Source of the DNA: Cladosporium halotolerans | Taxonomy: Eukaryota | Assembly: GCF_011745625.1 (NCBI RefSeq) | Contig: NW_027191453.1 | Coordinates: forward strand, 310,001 to 374,000 | Direction: 5' to 3' | Length of the DNA: 64,000 bases | Shown: positions 12,646-24,473 of the stretch, piece after piece | Position numbering within the stretch: position 1 is the first letter of the stretch | Layout of the letters: each line of letters opens with the position of its first letter | Position numbers and translations under genes: made by a program | Notes under the pieces: generated by a model | What the model saw: the letters and a program-made list of their open reading frames with translations, nothing else | Told to the model about the DNA's origin: nothing | Database searches by the model: none

Positions 12646-13242
12646 AACGTCGCCGTTAATGAGCGGCAACTTGGTCCGTTGTAACGAAAATGCATTGAAT
12701 CAGCCACACGGCATGGTGTAAGCAATATAGACTCCGCAAAGCTTGAGCGTACTTAGGCAAAGGAGCTCCGGAAAAGGGTGCGCGGTGTATATCTACCTTT
12801 AGGTGTATTAGCTCGGCGTTTGCCGTCAGAGCAGTGTAAGATGAGGGGATGTCCAATATAGACTTTGTACATATTTTGATCTTTTCTGCTTGGGCCCAAG
12901 AAATGAACGTCACGATTGAAGGGCAGTTGCAGGGCCATTGCTTCGACGAAGTTCGCTTCAGGTGAGATAATCGCTGAGCCAGATCTCCAACGTCACGCAG
13001 ACGATACGCAGAACATTTGGAAGTGGAGTGTGATATTCTTGTTCATCGCTAATCTTCAGTCATCATAATGACACTAACGCCACCTCGCTAATCAATGAAA
13101 ATTCCAACCCATCGAGAGCATAGCGAAGCCCAACTCCACTCTATGCATCGTGATGCTCATGCACAACAAAACAATGAAGGTTCTCCCGCTTATTCCGGCG
13201 ATGGCACTCTCCCCCTTATATCCAGTCTCTCGTGGTTCTCAG

Positions 13243-16200
13243 TCAAAGCGTCTCCCACCCACCAGGATTAATATCCGCCTCCAATTTCCTACTAATGAAC
13301 GTCTGAATGCCATGGCCAAGCCATACCTCACGCATCAACTTGTCGTAGCGCTTCTGGTTGAGGAAGAGCTGGTGATGCCGTCTGAGCGTAGGATCCGGTT
13401 CGCCATGGCGGTCGAGGTACGGTGCGTGGGCGAAGCTGCCGCTCATGGGCTCGTGCAGGAAAAGCACCATACACTTGCGGATGTTGATGAAGATGCCGAC
13501 GCGGCCGCCGCACTTCTGCATGTGTTGCCAGCAGCCACCGCGCTGACTGTGCTCTGGACCTTTCATACAGCAAGTCGCTTGAGAGCAGAAGATGGCGGCG
13601 CAGAACAAGCACACGGCGGGGTCAGTGATCTCTTTGCCTGTCGTGGGACACCTGCGTTTGATGGCTTCTTCTGTCAAGGTGTCATAGTTCTTGGGCAAGC
13701 CGATGAGCTCGTAGATTGTAGGATGCGGTAGCTTGATGGTGGCAGGCGATTGTTGAACCTCCGTGACGATGTTCGCTTGGCTAATCCAACGCTGCGAAAG
13801 TGTCTGGAGCTGCATGCCCGCAGAGGATCGTGACATGAACAGCGCGAATTGAGCCTCGAAAGTAGGAATATGAAGCAGCTTGGCCAGGCGTGAGAGCTCA
13901 GGAGCTTCCTGATCCAAGTCATAGGGACATTCGAAGTCTAATCCGTACCTCACGTGCATCAGGATGACACACTTGCGGAGGAAAACTTGGGCGTATTTCT
14001 CCACGAGCAGGTATAGGACCTTGAGCTGTGCTGTGGAGAATGATCTCGACGCGTGGAGATCCTTCTTGTCGCTCGCGGCGACTGCTTGGACTGCGCCCGC
14101 AAACGCCTCGCTGGGAATGACATGGTCAACAGAAGTGTTGTCGGGTGTCGGAATGATGTTCTCCTTGAGTAAGTTCTTGTAAACGTGGATCACCTTGACA
14201 ATCTCCGCCCACAGGCATAGCTGCAGGATATTCGGAGCTTCTGACACGCTGGGTGCGAAGAAAGCCAACCAGTCCGCAAAAAACAGGAAAAGGTCATCTT
14301 CAACCAGAAGATTGCCTGCAAAGCTACGAACATCCGCCATGACGTAGTCTGACTCGACGCCAAAGAGCTGAGCAGACAACACGTCCCGCTTGATCGCCGT
14401 CTCACGAGCAACGGTTGACGAATGCGAGCTACGCAAAACCTTGACGGCAAGATAAGACTCGATCGTCTCGGAGATGATGCGGAGGTGTGTCAAGCTCTGC
14501 TCCGAAAGGTCGCCCAACAGCGAGGGACTCGAGGCGTTCGAGGAAACACCGCGGAGCTGAATCTCCAAAGCGCTTATTGTGAAGCCCAAAGCCCTCGAAA
14601 GCGGGCCCACCGTGTTAATCTTGGTGTCCTCAATTTGCGTGGGAACGCCCAGTCGATTAATTCGAATTGTCTCGTCAACACGCTGGTAGGCCTTCACCAA
14701 CTCTGCGGCAGGCGTCGCAGGCTCCCCACTTGAGTGGTTCATGCCGAAAGGTGCCTCTTCGTTGACTTCAGGGTCTGCTCGATCAGGGCGGAACCATGAT
14801 GACAGACTGAGACCTCTTCGAAGCGAAGAGCGGGGCGCATCTGCTAAAGGAGATTGACCAGTCGCAGGTGATTCCCGCAACGCAGCAGCAAGCGTTGGGC
14901 CAAAGTTAGACTCTACGTAGTCTGAAGAGCGGTTAGAGTAAATGCCCTGAACTTGTTGCTGTAGGTATGGTATAGAACTCTTGTTCTGCAACCAAGCAAG
15001 ATCGGGAGCGTAAGTAGTAGCGCTCTCAGAAAGCCAGTCTTTGAATCCTTTCGCGGCATGGAGTTCGTGCTCATGAGCACACTGCTTGCCCTTCCAAATG
15101 ATTGGTAAGAACGTGTTGCCCAAAGCCTTGCACAGCGGGCAAATGAATTCTTTCAGCAGAATGGTCTCTGGCTGGCTGCGGGCTATCTGCGTTTGGTGGC
15201 GACGTTGGGTAGCCGTCAAATAAAGCTCAAAACAGGCATAGTGCATGATGTGACCGCAGCTGCTGGAGACAGGGCCTCGCGTGCTGTGTTGCGCATGCGG
15301 GAAGCCCTTGGAAAGCCCTTGCCGTTCGATCTTAGCCGTTTTGCCGTCTCCCGTTGTCTTTTGCACAGTGTGCTTGTTTTTGCCAGCCACACCAAACGGC
15401 CGAAGGTGGTCTGCAGATTGGTCGAGATTTTCAGGTACCTCCATCACTTCTTCGACGAAGTCTGGATCGTCTACCGGTGTTGAACGCAAGATGTTGCTCT
15501 CTCCGAGGAAAGCGAAGGTACCAAATAGCTTGCGATCGTCCGTAGCTTCCTGGCAAAGGATGCATGTGCCAGTGGGGAAGTTCCAGACCTTTCTCTGCTC
15601 AACCAAGTCCTCTGGCTCTTCGTTGAAAGCCATGTCATCCTCGATATCCTCAAACTCTCCATCATCAAAACCAGCTAGACCTTGGTTCATGAGGAAGCTG
15701 TTCTGCTGCTGCTTCATCTGCGCCATCACACGTGCTTGGCGAGCCAGCGCTTCCTGCTTCTTCTTCTCTTTATCCTCCCCAGAAAGCGAAGCAGGAGAAT
15801 CGTTGTTCGATCGGTCGAGCTGAGAGCCAATCGGTCCCATGGCACTTGAGAGACGGTCAGGCTGCTTGAGCTGCATCTTTCGAAGAATATGCTTGATGGC
15901 AGGCTGGCAAGACTCGTACTCTGTCATCTCTGACAAGATGATCAACATGGATACGATAGTTGAGGGAGAGCCAGGCTGGAGCTTGTGCTGCATTGATGCG
16001 GCCAGCTCGACGAAACCACCGTCATCTGCAGCGCTGTCTTCTATCACCGCAATGAGTGACAAGTGCAGGACCATATGTAAGAATGTCTCGATGCGTGTTG
16101 CCTGCATCTTCGGGGCAACTTGCTTTGCTGAAATTGCATATTGCAATGCAGCAGCGATGGTAGAAGCAAACAGTCTGGTCTTGGTGAAAGTTGGCAGATC

Positions 16201-19200
16201 TTTGAAGAGACTGCCTTCCAAGCTTTGCAGCTTCGGCTCGAAGACAATATCCTCTGGCTTCTTGCCGGTCTTTCGAGCCATGTGTTTCCTGTGCACGTTT
16301 TCTGCCTCCTCTCTGTGGTTCCGAGAATAATGAGCGTAGTATGGATCCACTATCTCAACAAACTCAGGCTTGAGCTCGAAAGTGCCCGTGTCCGACATGC
16401 CTTCAGGCGCACGGAAAATGGTCATATCTTCAAGTACCCTTTGGAAAGAATCAGAATCGGCAATCTTCTCCGTCACGCGCGTGCCGAGGTCGGAGAATGA
16501 CAAAGGCTTGAAGCAGAGCGCGTGTGCGATATCATGCTGAAGGATCTTGTCGGATTGGTCTTCGCCGTTCGCAGGAACCGCAAGATTTCCACGTTCGCAG
16601 AGCGCAACCACCATAAGGTGGTACAAATCCTCCAGGATGTCGAGTTGCTGCGATTCCTCGAATCCTTCTGCCGGGGCATATTCGCCCTTCATCCAGCGAG
16701 TCATCTGGAAGCGATCGATCGTCTGCGCAAGGAATCTCTCACCGGGCTTTTCGTCCTCGGAACCGCAGAGAACAAACCCAGCTTGAATCATAAAAATATC
16801 GCGCTGGTAGCTGATGTCTCTGTGTGACACGCTCCGGTATGTGTGGGCCTGGTGTCGAAGGGTTATGCCGTTACGGACCCACATGTTGGCCTTCATCTGA
16901 GAAAGCCATGCGCATAAGCGAAGTGGATGGTCAAATATGCCACTGAGAAGCTCATCAGGGCTGAGAGACTGCGGCGCCGGTGCTCCACGTGCGTTGTTGT
17001 ACGGATCCTTGAGGTCTTCCGGAGTGAAGTGTAGCAGAGCACGCATCTCCTTGCGATCCATACCCTTGGCATTCTCAAGCAGCCAAGACAACAGATAATG
17101 CAGTGGATGATGGAAGCTCATAGGTTCGCTCAGCACCACATATTTTGGTACGCTGTATGTCTTGCCCTCCGGCTCGAATGGACCGACACTGTGCCAGGCC
17201 ATGTCATCCTTGATCTCGTGTGCATGAAATCGCTTACGCTCGTAGCCAAAGGAATTGATCATCGTCACCTGAGCTGCCGTTCGGATGGCGCGCTGAAGGT
17301 GAACATCGAGCTCAGGCGAATTTGTCTCGAAGGACGACGCTACCGCCTTGCTCAGCCGATCAATTTCCTTGATGATCAAACTGGCACTGATCCAGGCATC
17401 GGATTCGTACTCTACGTGGTCTCCTACTGCACGTACGTTAGGGCAAATTCCCTGGTGGAGCTTGACCAGATCCAGAAATTGGAGCAAATAACGTGGTTCA
17501 GTACGCATCTTGTGGTGAATGAATTCGGATTGGAACAACCATCGCATGTCGACGAAGAAATGAAACATGCGGCGATTTGTGACCGAACCGGCATCGAATG
17601 CCAGCGTAGCCTTCGGTTGACAATCTTCCGGTAAGCCGACTTGGCGAGTAGTTAGGAAAGTGTACAAAATGGCCATGAGGTTGGTCAAGAAGTTGCCGCG
17701 CTCAACCACCTCCTCAGTAATTGAAGGCGTGGTAAGCATCTGAACGCTCAAGTTGATGATACTGTGGTCTGGCTCTCGGTCGGCGACGAGATACAGTTCC
17801 GCCAGAGGGGTGTATAGCCCGGCGAAGCGAAGGCCTAGGATCCGTTTGAAGTGCGGGATGGTGGCCACGTTCGTAATGTAAAGATGGCGCAGCTTGATTC
17901 TCAGTGTCTTCCAGAGTCGAAGGTCGTATAGCACAAGCCAATCAAGTCGCACACGCTGCCACAGGTCTTCTGCAGGCTCACTTGGACGCGGTGCACGGTA
18001 CCCCTCAGGCTTCTCGAGCCAGTGCTTGCTTGGCCTGAGTGGCCGCTTGTACTTAACCTTCTCATTGGGTGTCTTGGGGATGCGACTGTTAGGGGCATCC
18101 GATGTTGGTCGTGGTTGTTCTTCTGCGCCATCATCGCTTTCGGCAGGAGTCATCAGGCGATGTCTTTGAACGGGCGGCGGAGGCGGTGGTGGCGGCGGAT
18201 ACCCGGCGAGGGCTGCTTCCATAGCCTCCGTCTCATCAACGCCCTCCTCCGAGTAGTCGATGTCCATGTCCTCCAAGGTAGGCTGGCGGGCATCTTCAAT
18301 CTCAATTTCCATTTGGTCCGCTTCTTCTTCGTTAAGCATGACTTCTTCCTCTTCATCGAAGTCGTCCTCATCCTCATCCTCGTCATCATCTTGGTCTGCG
18401 TTGACTTGTACGCGAATAATATTCGCACCCATGGCTGGCCGAAAGAGCGTAGCATATCTGCGACGTAGCTTTTCTGTATCTTCATACTCGTGATCATCGA
18501 TGCCCTCGAGGCCAATCTCCTTGTTGCTGGCCGCGCTCCCGAGCCGCCATGGCTTCAGGAACTCTTCACAAACCACGTTCCTCAACAAATAGGGGTCGTC
18601 TCCAACGGCACAGCCACCGATATCAGACATCCAGTCGATGATGGTCTCGCACATCTGCTCTCTAAAAGTGTCTCGTGAGGATCGCACGGTGACTGTGATC
18701 TTGATACGCTCCAGAATCTGGGCCATCCTCACAGTTTCTGCAACGTTGGTCGTGTAATGCACAATCGCTCGCCCGTTGTCGTTAACTTCGTAGGCTTTCT
18801 GCAAACCATAACTCTTCGTCCGCTTGCAAGCCATAGCGACCTGGTTTTGCACATCGTTGACCGTATGCTTTTCATCGTTCCAAAGCATCACCGCGTATTC
18901 TGTATCTTTTTCGTCATCGCCATCAGAGCCATAGGTGGGCGACGACAGTCTTGAGAGCTTCTCATCTCTCGTAATGGAGTCTTCTGTCTTGGGCAGTCGT
19001 AACTGCTCGGGCGAGCATGAAAACACGTCGCAAAGGTAATCCACGGCCCCCGCTATCGTCGTGCGTACCGCTTCAACCAGTTCGGCCGGCAGCTGCGTTG
19101 AAGCAACCGGCACCTTGTCCTTTCCACTCGGCTTTGCCTCCTCTTCAATAGTATGTGTGTGGATAGAGCACCTTACTTCTCTCTTCCAGGCTTCCTTATC

Positions 19201-19629
19201 TCCACAGTCACAGCATCCGCTGTTTCCCGGCGACACCGAAATATAAACCTGATGGCCTTCATGGTCACTGCTCTCGAAGCACTTCGAGCACAGCACGCAC
19301 GTATCATCCGCTTGGCAAGTCTTGCACGAGTACGTGCTCTCTCCGCTCTTGAAAATGTGCCCGCAAGCCGTTCCTTTGGCGGAAGGAAGGTACTCTGCGC
19401 CGTCCACCGCACCTTGCGCGTTGCGCAAGGACCATGGCTCAGTTTGCTCGGTCGGAGTGCCGTGTGGGAAGAAGTAACTCAGGTTCTCGTCCTTGTACGC
19501 TGCGAGGGACCGGAACAGGATTTGCCGTAGCTCGCAGTCGGCCGCTTGAGTCCAGCGGTATTCGAATCGGCGGGGCTGCGCGAGGAGTTGGTACCGCAAC
19601 CGGTCCTCGTCGTTGGCGAATTCGATCAT
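13243..19629 (-). CDS. UBR1: N-end rule E3 ubiquitin ligase Ubr1
   Basis: UBR box (CGHIFKSGE..CKTC..CVLC..HEGH..CCDCGD), ClpS-like LWNDEKHT, WVRNG, RING-H2 (CILC..CGHIMH..CPLC), C-terminal CLFC..APYLDRHGE..GWETL. There is an in-frame stop upstream, so the first in-frame ATG (19629) is taken as the start; an upstream exon cannot be excluded. Confidence 0.95.
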   Translation of the reverse strand: MIEFANDEDRLRYQLLAQPRRFEYRWTQAADCELRQILFRSLAAYKDENLSYFFPHGTPTEQTEPWSLRNAQGAVDGAEYLPSAKGTACGHIFKSGESTYSCKTCQADDTCVLCSKCFESSDHEGHQVYISVSPGNSGCCDCGDKEAWKREVRCSIHTHTIEEEAKPSGKDKVPVASTQLPAELVEAVRTTIAGAVDYLCDVFSCSPEQLRLPKTEDSITRDEKLSRLSSPTYGSDGDDEKDTEYAVMLWNDEKHTVNDVQNQVAMACKRTKSYGLQKAYEVNDNGRAIVHYTTNVAETVRMAQILERIKITVTVRSSRDTFREQMCETIIDWMSDIGGCAVGDDPYLLRNVVCEEFLKPWRLGSAASNKEIGLEGIDDHEYEDTEKLRRRYATLFRPAMGANIIRVQVNADQDDDEDEDEDDFDEEEEVMLNEEEADQMEIEIEDARQPTLEDMDIDYSEEGVDETEAMEAALAGYPPPPPPPPPVQRHRLMTPAESDDGAEEQPRPTSDAPNSRIPKTPNEKVKYKRPLRPSKHWLEKPEGYRAPRPSEPAEDLWQRVRLDWLVLYDLRLWKTLRIKLRHLYITNVATIPHFKRILGLRFAGLYTPLAELYLVADREPDHSIINLSVQMLTTPSITEEVVERGNFLTNLMAILYTFLTTRQVGLPEDCQPKATLAFDAGSVTNRRMFHFFVDMRWLFQSEFIHHKMRTEPRYLLQFLDLVKLHQGICPNVRAVGDHVEYESDAWISASLIIKEIDRLSKAVASSFETNSPELDVHLQRAIRTAAQVTMINSFGYERKRFHAHEIKDDMAWHSVGPFEPEGKTYSVPKYVVLSEPMSFHHPLHYLLSWLLENAKGMDRKEMRALLHFTPEDLKDPYNNARGAPAPQSLSPDELLSGIFDHPLRLCAWLSQMKANMWVRNGITLRHQAHTYRSVSHRDISYQRDIFMIQAGFVLCGSEDEKPGERFLAQTIDRFQMTRWMKGEYAPAEGFEESQQLDILEDLYHLMVVALCERGNLAVPANGEDQSDKILQHDIAHALCFKPLSFSDLGTRVTEKIADSDSFQRVLEDMTIFRAPEGMSDTGTFELKPEFVEIVDPYYAHYSRNHREEAENVHRKHMARKTGKKPEDIVFEPKLQSLEGSLFKDLPTFTKTRLFASTIAAALQYAISAKQVAPKMQATRIETFLHMVLHLSLIAVIEDSAADDGGFVELAASMQHKLQPGSPSTIVSMLIILSEMTEYESCQPAIKHILRKMQLKQPDRLSSAMGPIGSQLDRSNNDSPASLSGEDKEKKKQEALARQARVMAQMKQQQNSFLMNQGLAGFDDGEFEDIEDDMAFNEEPEDLVEQRKVWNFPTGTCILCQEATDDRKLFGTFAFLGESNILRSTPVDDPDFVEEVMEVPENLDQSADHLRPFGVAGKNKHTVQKTTGDGKTAKIERQGLSKGFPHAQHSTRGPVSSSCGHIMHYACFELYLTATQRRHQTQIARSQPETILLKEFICPLCKALGNTFLPIIWKGKQCAHEHELHAAKGFKDWLSESATTYAPDLAWLQNKSSIPYLQQQVQGIYSNRSSDYVESNFGPTLAAALRESPATGQSPLADAPRSSLRRGLSLSSWFRPDRADPEVNEEAPFGMNHSSGEPATPAAELVKAYQRVDETIRINRLGVPTQIEDTKINTVGPLSRALGFTISALEIQLRGVSSNASSPSLLGDLSEQSLTHLRIISETIESYLAVKVLRSSHSSTVARETAIKRDVLSAQLFGVESDYVMADVRSFAGNLLVEDDLFLFFADWLAFFAPSVSEAPNILQLCLWAEIVKVIHVYKNLLKENIIPTPDNTSVDHVIPSEAFAGAVQAVAASDKKDLHASRSFSTAQLKVLYLLVEKYAQVFLRKCVILMHVRYGLDFECPYDLDQEAPELSRLAKLLHIPTFEAQFALFMSRSSAGMQLQTLSQRWISQANIVTEVQQSPATIKLPHPTIYELIGLPKNYDTLTEEAIKRRCPTTGKEITDPAVCLFCAAIFCSQATCCMKGPEHSQRGGCWQHMQKCGGRVGIFINIRKCMVLFLHEPMSGSFAHAPYLDRHGEPDPTLRRHHQLFLNQKRYDKLMREVWLGHGIQTFISRKLEADINPGGWETL

Positions 19630-20314
19630 CTCCGCGTAGTGCCTCGCCGGCAAAAGCGTGAGGCTGTGGGTGGATAGCTCAAACCATGCGAAAGAGGATT
19701 ATATGGCGTGCGCTTCTGCCTTCACCGATGCGCTTGTCTGAGGTCAGACGTCCAGTGACCGCGTGAGGCGGGGAAGGTCGTGCAAGGGACCGACCTGCGG
19801 TCTGGATGTATGATGTATCGCTTCAGTTGTTTTGCGGCAGGCAAATGTGAATGTAGCAGGTTTTGATGCAGAGAGTGTGTGGTTTGGTGGTGACAAGTTC
19901 AAGTTCTAGTTCGTGGAAGCAGCAGCAGCCTTTGCGACTGCCCGCTATGAAATGACGTACAATTCAGGACGCCTGCATTGGAAACATCGACTGGGCGGCA
20001 TACGTAAATACAGAGTTGCGCTTGAAACATTCGACTGGCAGATCACTTCAACTTTGATATGCATTAACTGGAAACCCGCACAAGGCACACGGCGCAAACA
20101 CAAGATATCAAGAGCTTTCCGCCACTAGCGTACAGCCCGTTTTCGGCATAAGTACAGGTATCTTCCACCTCTAGTCTCCTCTGGCAACGGCTCCGGAGAT
20201 GGCGCACGCCGCTTGATTCTCTATCGCTTCCATTCCGTTCTGTAGAAATACAGCCGTCCCACGTTACTCCTTCCCTGGAATGTTCAACTCTTCACAGTGT
20301 CCCCCAAGTAGCAT

Positions 20315-20682
20315 CTACTCCTCGTCCTCAGACTCCATGTAGCGGTGCTTGATGTCCTTCCATTGGCGCTGTCAACGCATGTTAGTACAGTGTTCTCGTC
20401 ACAGTCTTGCCATGTCGCACGTACGCCGCGGTTGATTGAGTCCCAGAGAGCGTTGGAGCCGGTGTCAAAGGCGCTATAGGTCGGTCAGTAGAGTCCTACT
20501 TTGCGTCGTGAAGGTCCAGATTGGGCATACAGGTTGGTAGCGAAAGCGCCAACGAAGATGGCCGAGAGGAAGACACCGTTGCTGCGGATGACAGTGCTGT
20601 TCTCATGTTAGTCGGAGTGCCCCAATGCAGACGTCCCGTAGCCTAGCGCATACTTGTAGATACCGCCGAGAACGCCAGACAT
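20315..20682 (-). CDS. QCR9: Cytochrome bc1 complex subunit 9; exons 20682-20654, 20596-20531, 20473-20425, 20368-20315 (65 aa)
   Basis: Manual splicing of three GT-AG introns with branch points gives MSGVLGGIYNTVIRSNGVFLSAIFVGAFATNLAFDTGSNALWDSINRGRQWKDIKHRYMESEDEE, with the QCR9 signature WDSINRGRQWKDIK. Not in the ORF track. Confidence 0.93.
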
Positions 20683-20833
20683 TTTGCCGGATGTGTGAGG
20701 GGGTTTTTCGGAAGGACGAGGGAGCTGATCGGTGTGCAAGTGAGGTGGTCGCAGCTAAGGCAATGGTCGAGCAGCGCGAAGGAGTTGCGAGTTCAGCAAC
20801 CCGGGCTAGCCGTTGTGTTATGCGGCTGCCGTG

Positions 20834-20838
20834 ATTGG
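20834..20838 (-). promoter_or_regulatory. CCAAT box in the QCR9/ACP1 bidirectional promoter
   Basis: TGATTGGC near the middle of the 293-bp gap between two divergent mitochondrial genes. Hap-complex binding is inferred. Confidence 0.4.
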
Positions 20839-20975
20839 CCAGCGCTGGGCTTGCGGCCCGCGCCTTGCCCTCAGACGAGATGCCCCGGCGAAGAACGCAA
20901 GCTACATCACCAAATCCTCACGTACAAACAGCCACACCACCCGTCCATCTACCTTCTCTTCACATCACCGCCGCC

Positions 20976-21669
20976 ATGTTCCGCACCACCATTGTCCGCA
21001 GCGCTCGCGCTGTCGCCCAGGCCAGCACCAGGTCTTACTCTACTCCTGCCTTCCGCCGCGCCATCCCGACTCCTTTCGCCGCCGCCAGAACACCCGCTCC
21101 CGTGAGCCGCATCACCGCCGTCAGGTGCTACGCCTCTGGCTCTGGCCTCAACCAAGAGGAGGTCACCGGCCGCATTCTGGACCTCCTCAAGAACTTTGAC
21201 AAGGTGCGCTTATGCCGGATAGATGTTATTTGAACTGAAGGCTAACAATGCTGGCCAGGTCTCCGACCCGTCGAAAGTACGAATACCCACGTCGCATACC
21301 GATAATCGTAGCTAACAATATGCGCAGCTCTCTGCCAGCGCCCACTTCACCAACGACCTCGGTCTGGACAGCTTGGACACCGTGGAGGTTGTGATGGCGA
21401 TTGAGGAGGTTCGCATACCCATACATTTTGGATCGGTAAAAGCAGGCATTGACAAGCGACCAGGAGTTCAGCATCGAGATCCCTGACAAGGAGGCCGACG
21501 CGATTCACAGTGGTACGTTTTATCAACCTACCTTGATGCTCTGCTGAATCAAATACTGACCTCTACACAGTCAGCCAGGCCGTGGACTACATCTGCCACC
21601 AGCCCGATGGTATGCTATCCACCTCCGAGTCGCACCAGCGCTCTCGCTAACATCTCCACAGCCCACTAA
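20976..21669 (+). CDS. ACP1: Mitochondrial acyl carrier protein (NDUFAB1 homologue); exons 20976-21203, 21259-21276, 21328-21408, 21464-21512, 21571-21609, 21662-21669 (140 aa)
   Basis: Presequence MFRTTIVRSAR..; phosphopantetheine motif [26 protein letters not shown]. Five GT-AG introns give an intact 423-nt frame ending QPDAH*. Confidence 0.93.
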
Positions 21670-22256
21670 ACTTGTTTCTTCGATGGTGAATGTTTTTGGT
21701 GAGGAGCGCAAACGGCGTGTGGGGAGGGAAGTCGTGTGACCTGGTATAAAGGTCAAATTATGTATATTCATGCCCGGCAATAGGGCGATCTGATACATGT
21801 GTACTATCTGCTCCAAAATCGTTTCTGATATCTCGTCTCAAATTTGGCCGTATCAATGGCTTGTCGTTCAGTTCATGGCAGTCAAGTAAAAGTGACAGGT
21901 CATTGGTTGCGCGGCCGATGGCAGGGCCCGCTTGCTGCGACGACATCCCTCTTCATGTTTAGGTAGCGAAAGCTACAGCACAAACGCCCCTCTCGCAATA
22001 ACACCCGCAGCCAGCGCCTCAATAAGTTTAGCCCTCGGAACTGCAAGGCATTGCGAATGTGCTGAACGAAACATACACCATCACTACCCAACATCTACCG
22101 CGCAGCGACAGGTTTCCTTGCTTCAGCCCCGACATCCCACCTCCCAAATCCTGGCAACACCCGCCAGCAGCCACAGGCACCAGCAACCTCCTAAACTCCT
22201 ACACCGCACCCGCACACTTGTGCGCACCGCAAACACCTCCCACAACCCCACACAAC

Positions 22257-23463
22257 ATGTCCTCGGGCCTCACCCGCCGCCGCGGCGCAGGCGGCGCCTC
22301 CGCCGACACAAACGAGAACGAAGGCAGCCGCGTGTCCTCGCCGGCGCCCAAACGCAACGACGACATGCGCAGCCCGGACACGGCGTACGAGTCCGGGGCC
22401 AACGGGCACAAGATCGCCTTCGACCCGCGCGACATCAGCGAGTCCGCCGAGCGCCTGAAGCAGCCGAAGCTGACGCTCATGGAGGAGGTGCTGCTCATGG
22501 GCCTCAAGGACAAGCAGGGCTACTTGAGCTTCTGGAACGACAACATCAGCTATGCGCTACGGGGCTGCATCGTGTTGGAGCTGGCATTCAGGGGGCGGAT
22601 CAGCATGCAGAAGGACAGCAGTCGGAGACGGTTCCCGTTGGCGGATAGGGTTATTGAGGTTGTGGATGATACTTTGACTGGAGAGGTGCTGCTTGATGAG
22701 GCGCTGAAGATGATGAAGAGCAGTGAGAAGATGAGCGTGAGCGCGTGGATTGATCTCATGAGTGGTAAGGCGATCTACGGCCTCTCGAGTCGCACTGGTC
22801 CAGCAAGGACATGCACTTGGCAACAGAGCAAAGCGCTGATTTACATTCGTGATTACAGGAGAAACTTGGAACCTCATGAAGATTGGCTATCAACTCAAGC
22901 AAGTCCGCGAGCGACTCGCCAAAGGCCTGGTGGACAAGGGCATTCTGCGCACGGAGAAGCGCAACTTCCTCCTCTTCGACATGGCCACGCACCCTGTGGC
23001 CGACGGCGGCGCCAAAGACGAGATCCGTCGCCGCGTCCGCGCCGTACTCACCAACCGCACTGTCGTACTGCCGCCCTCTCCTTTCCTTCCCGAAGAGATG
23101 GATTTCCGCTACCTGCGCACAATCGCTATGCTCTGCGCTGCTTACGCTGCGAACGTGCTGGAGAACGCGCTTAGCAGTCTAGGACATGAGGCGCGAGAGA
23201 GGGCGTTCGCACAAGTAGATGAGCTGTTGGCTGAGTACTCTCAATGGCCTTTTGGCCGAAGAGCCGGCGGGCAAGCAGCCATGGGCGCGAACTTGGACGC
23301 GGTGGTCAGGGAGGAGATTGGCACATCGCAAGAGCGCGAACTGCAGATGGAGGTATGGCATCTCCTGTCAATGTACTGTGAGATCCTCAAGATGCTAACT
23401 CAAATCTTCCAGGTTGTCGCAGCATGTCTCGGCGTCTTCACCCGCCTCGACTCCCTGCTCTAA
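22257..23463 (+). CDS. VPS74: Golgi phosphoprotein 3 / Vps74; exons 22257-22764, 22859-23352, 23413-23463
   Basis: [77 protein letters not shown]. Introns 22765-22858 and 23353-23412. Confidence 0.95.
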
Positions 23464-24326
23464 GAACTTTACTTCCAATACACATATATCATTCAGGACG
23501 CGCGAGTTGCAGATGTTTGCAGAAGCTCAAAGTTTTCTACGGCTTATACGTCTGCCCGCTTGCTCGGCACTAAAAGCGGTTCTTTCGAAACGGCCACGAA
23601 CGAGCGCCTGGATTTCATGGCGATGTCTGCAGATCTACGAGGGCGGTCATAGTGCTACTGGTAGTACGTGGAGCGTGCGGCAATGCAATCGACCTCAATC
23701 GCCGCTTCGACGGTGAAGGTTCGAGGGCAGGCAAGGCATGAAGGCAGACGTCACCGGTGGCGATGTTTTCGTTGAAGGGCCCAGACAACGCGCGCTGAAC
23801 TGGAAGGCTTCCACGAGCACGCGTGAGGGAGGGGAAGCATTTGATTTTACACCATCGTTAGCGGGCGCTCCGGCGCTACGGGCAGTTTTTGTGGCACTCT
23901 TTCTTTGCGTTTAGCTTCTAGTTGTCAATCATAGGGATGCATCACGTGATGAGCACCTCGAGTTTTCACCTGGTTCTTGTTTGATTGAATGGGGAGAGTA
24001 TATTATCTTAGCCACGTGGGAACTCTCACACATACCTCCGCCATTATCGTCCACTCGGGCTAATGCACGCGAAGATGCGTGTCTCGCGGCTCTCGCGTGC
24101 GGAGCTGTGGCCGGGATGGCGCACAGGCAGGCAGACAGGCAGCGGACACTCTCTTCGCCGACGAATGGTCAAAGATGACAGTGTCGCCCTGCCTGTGACA
24201 TGTAGACGTAGCTTGTCGCACGGCGTGTCAGCATAGCACACAAGCATCTCGGTCCCTCTCTCGTGACTCTGCGAGCTCACACCACAGTCGCGGCGGCCTG
24301 CCTGGCTGCTTTCTGGGTTAGGCTCA

Positions 24327-24348
24327 CTCGCTCGCTCGCTCGCTCGCT
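24327..24348. repeat. (GCTC)n microsatellite
   Basis: ctcgctcgctcgctcgctcgct upstream of SNF5. Confidence 0.8.
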
Positions 24349-24473
24349 TGGCGGGCGCCCGGGCTGCTGATGCCGACCTGTGGCCGCGCATGCCTTCCGT
24401 GACGACATGTGCCTCGCCGAGAGTGCTCCATCGCGTCCAGTGTTGTCGCCAGTGGCCGTTTGTTGATGTGCAG

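Noticed and set aside
23718..23727. GGTTCGA B-box-like words (also near 6721, 45780 and 50051) as tRNA genes
   Set aside because: No cloverleaf, A-box or acceptor stem around them.
23941..23990. ATCACGTGAT palindrome overlapping TGATGA as a C/D snoRNA start (same palindrome near 47399)
   Set aside because: No suitably placed CTGA box D, terminal stem or recognisable guide; an isolated E-box word is weak evidence.
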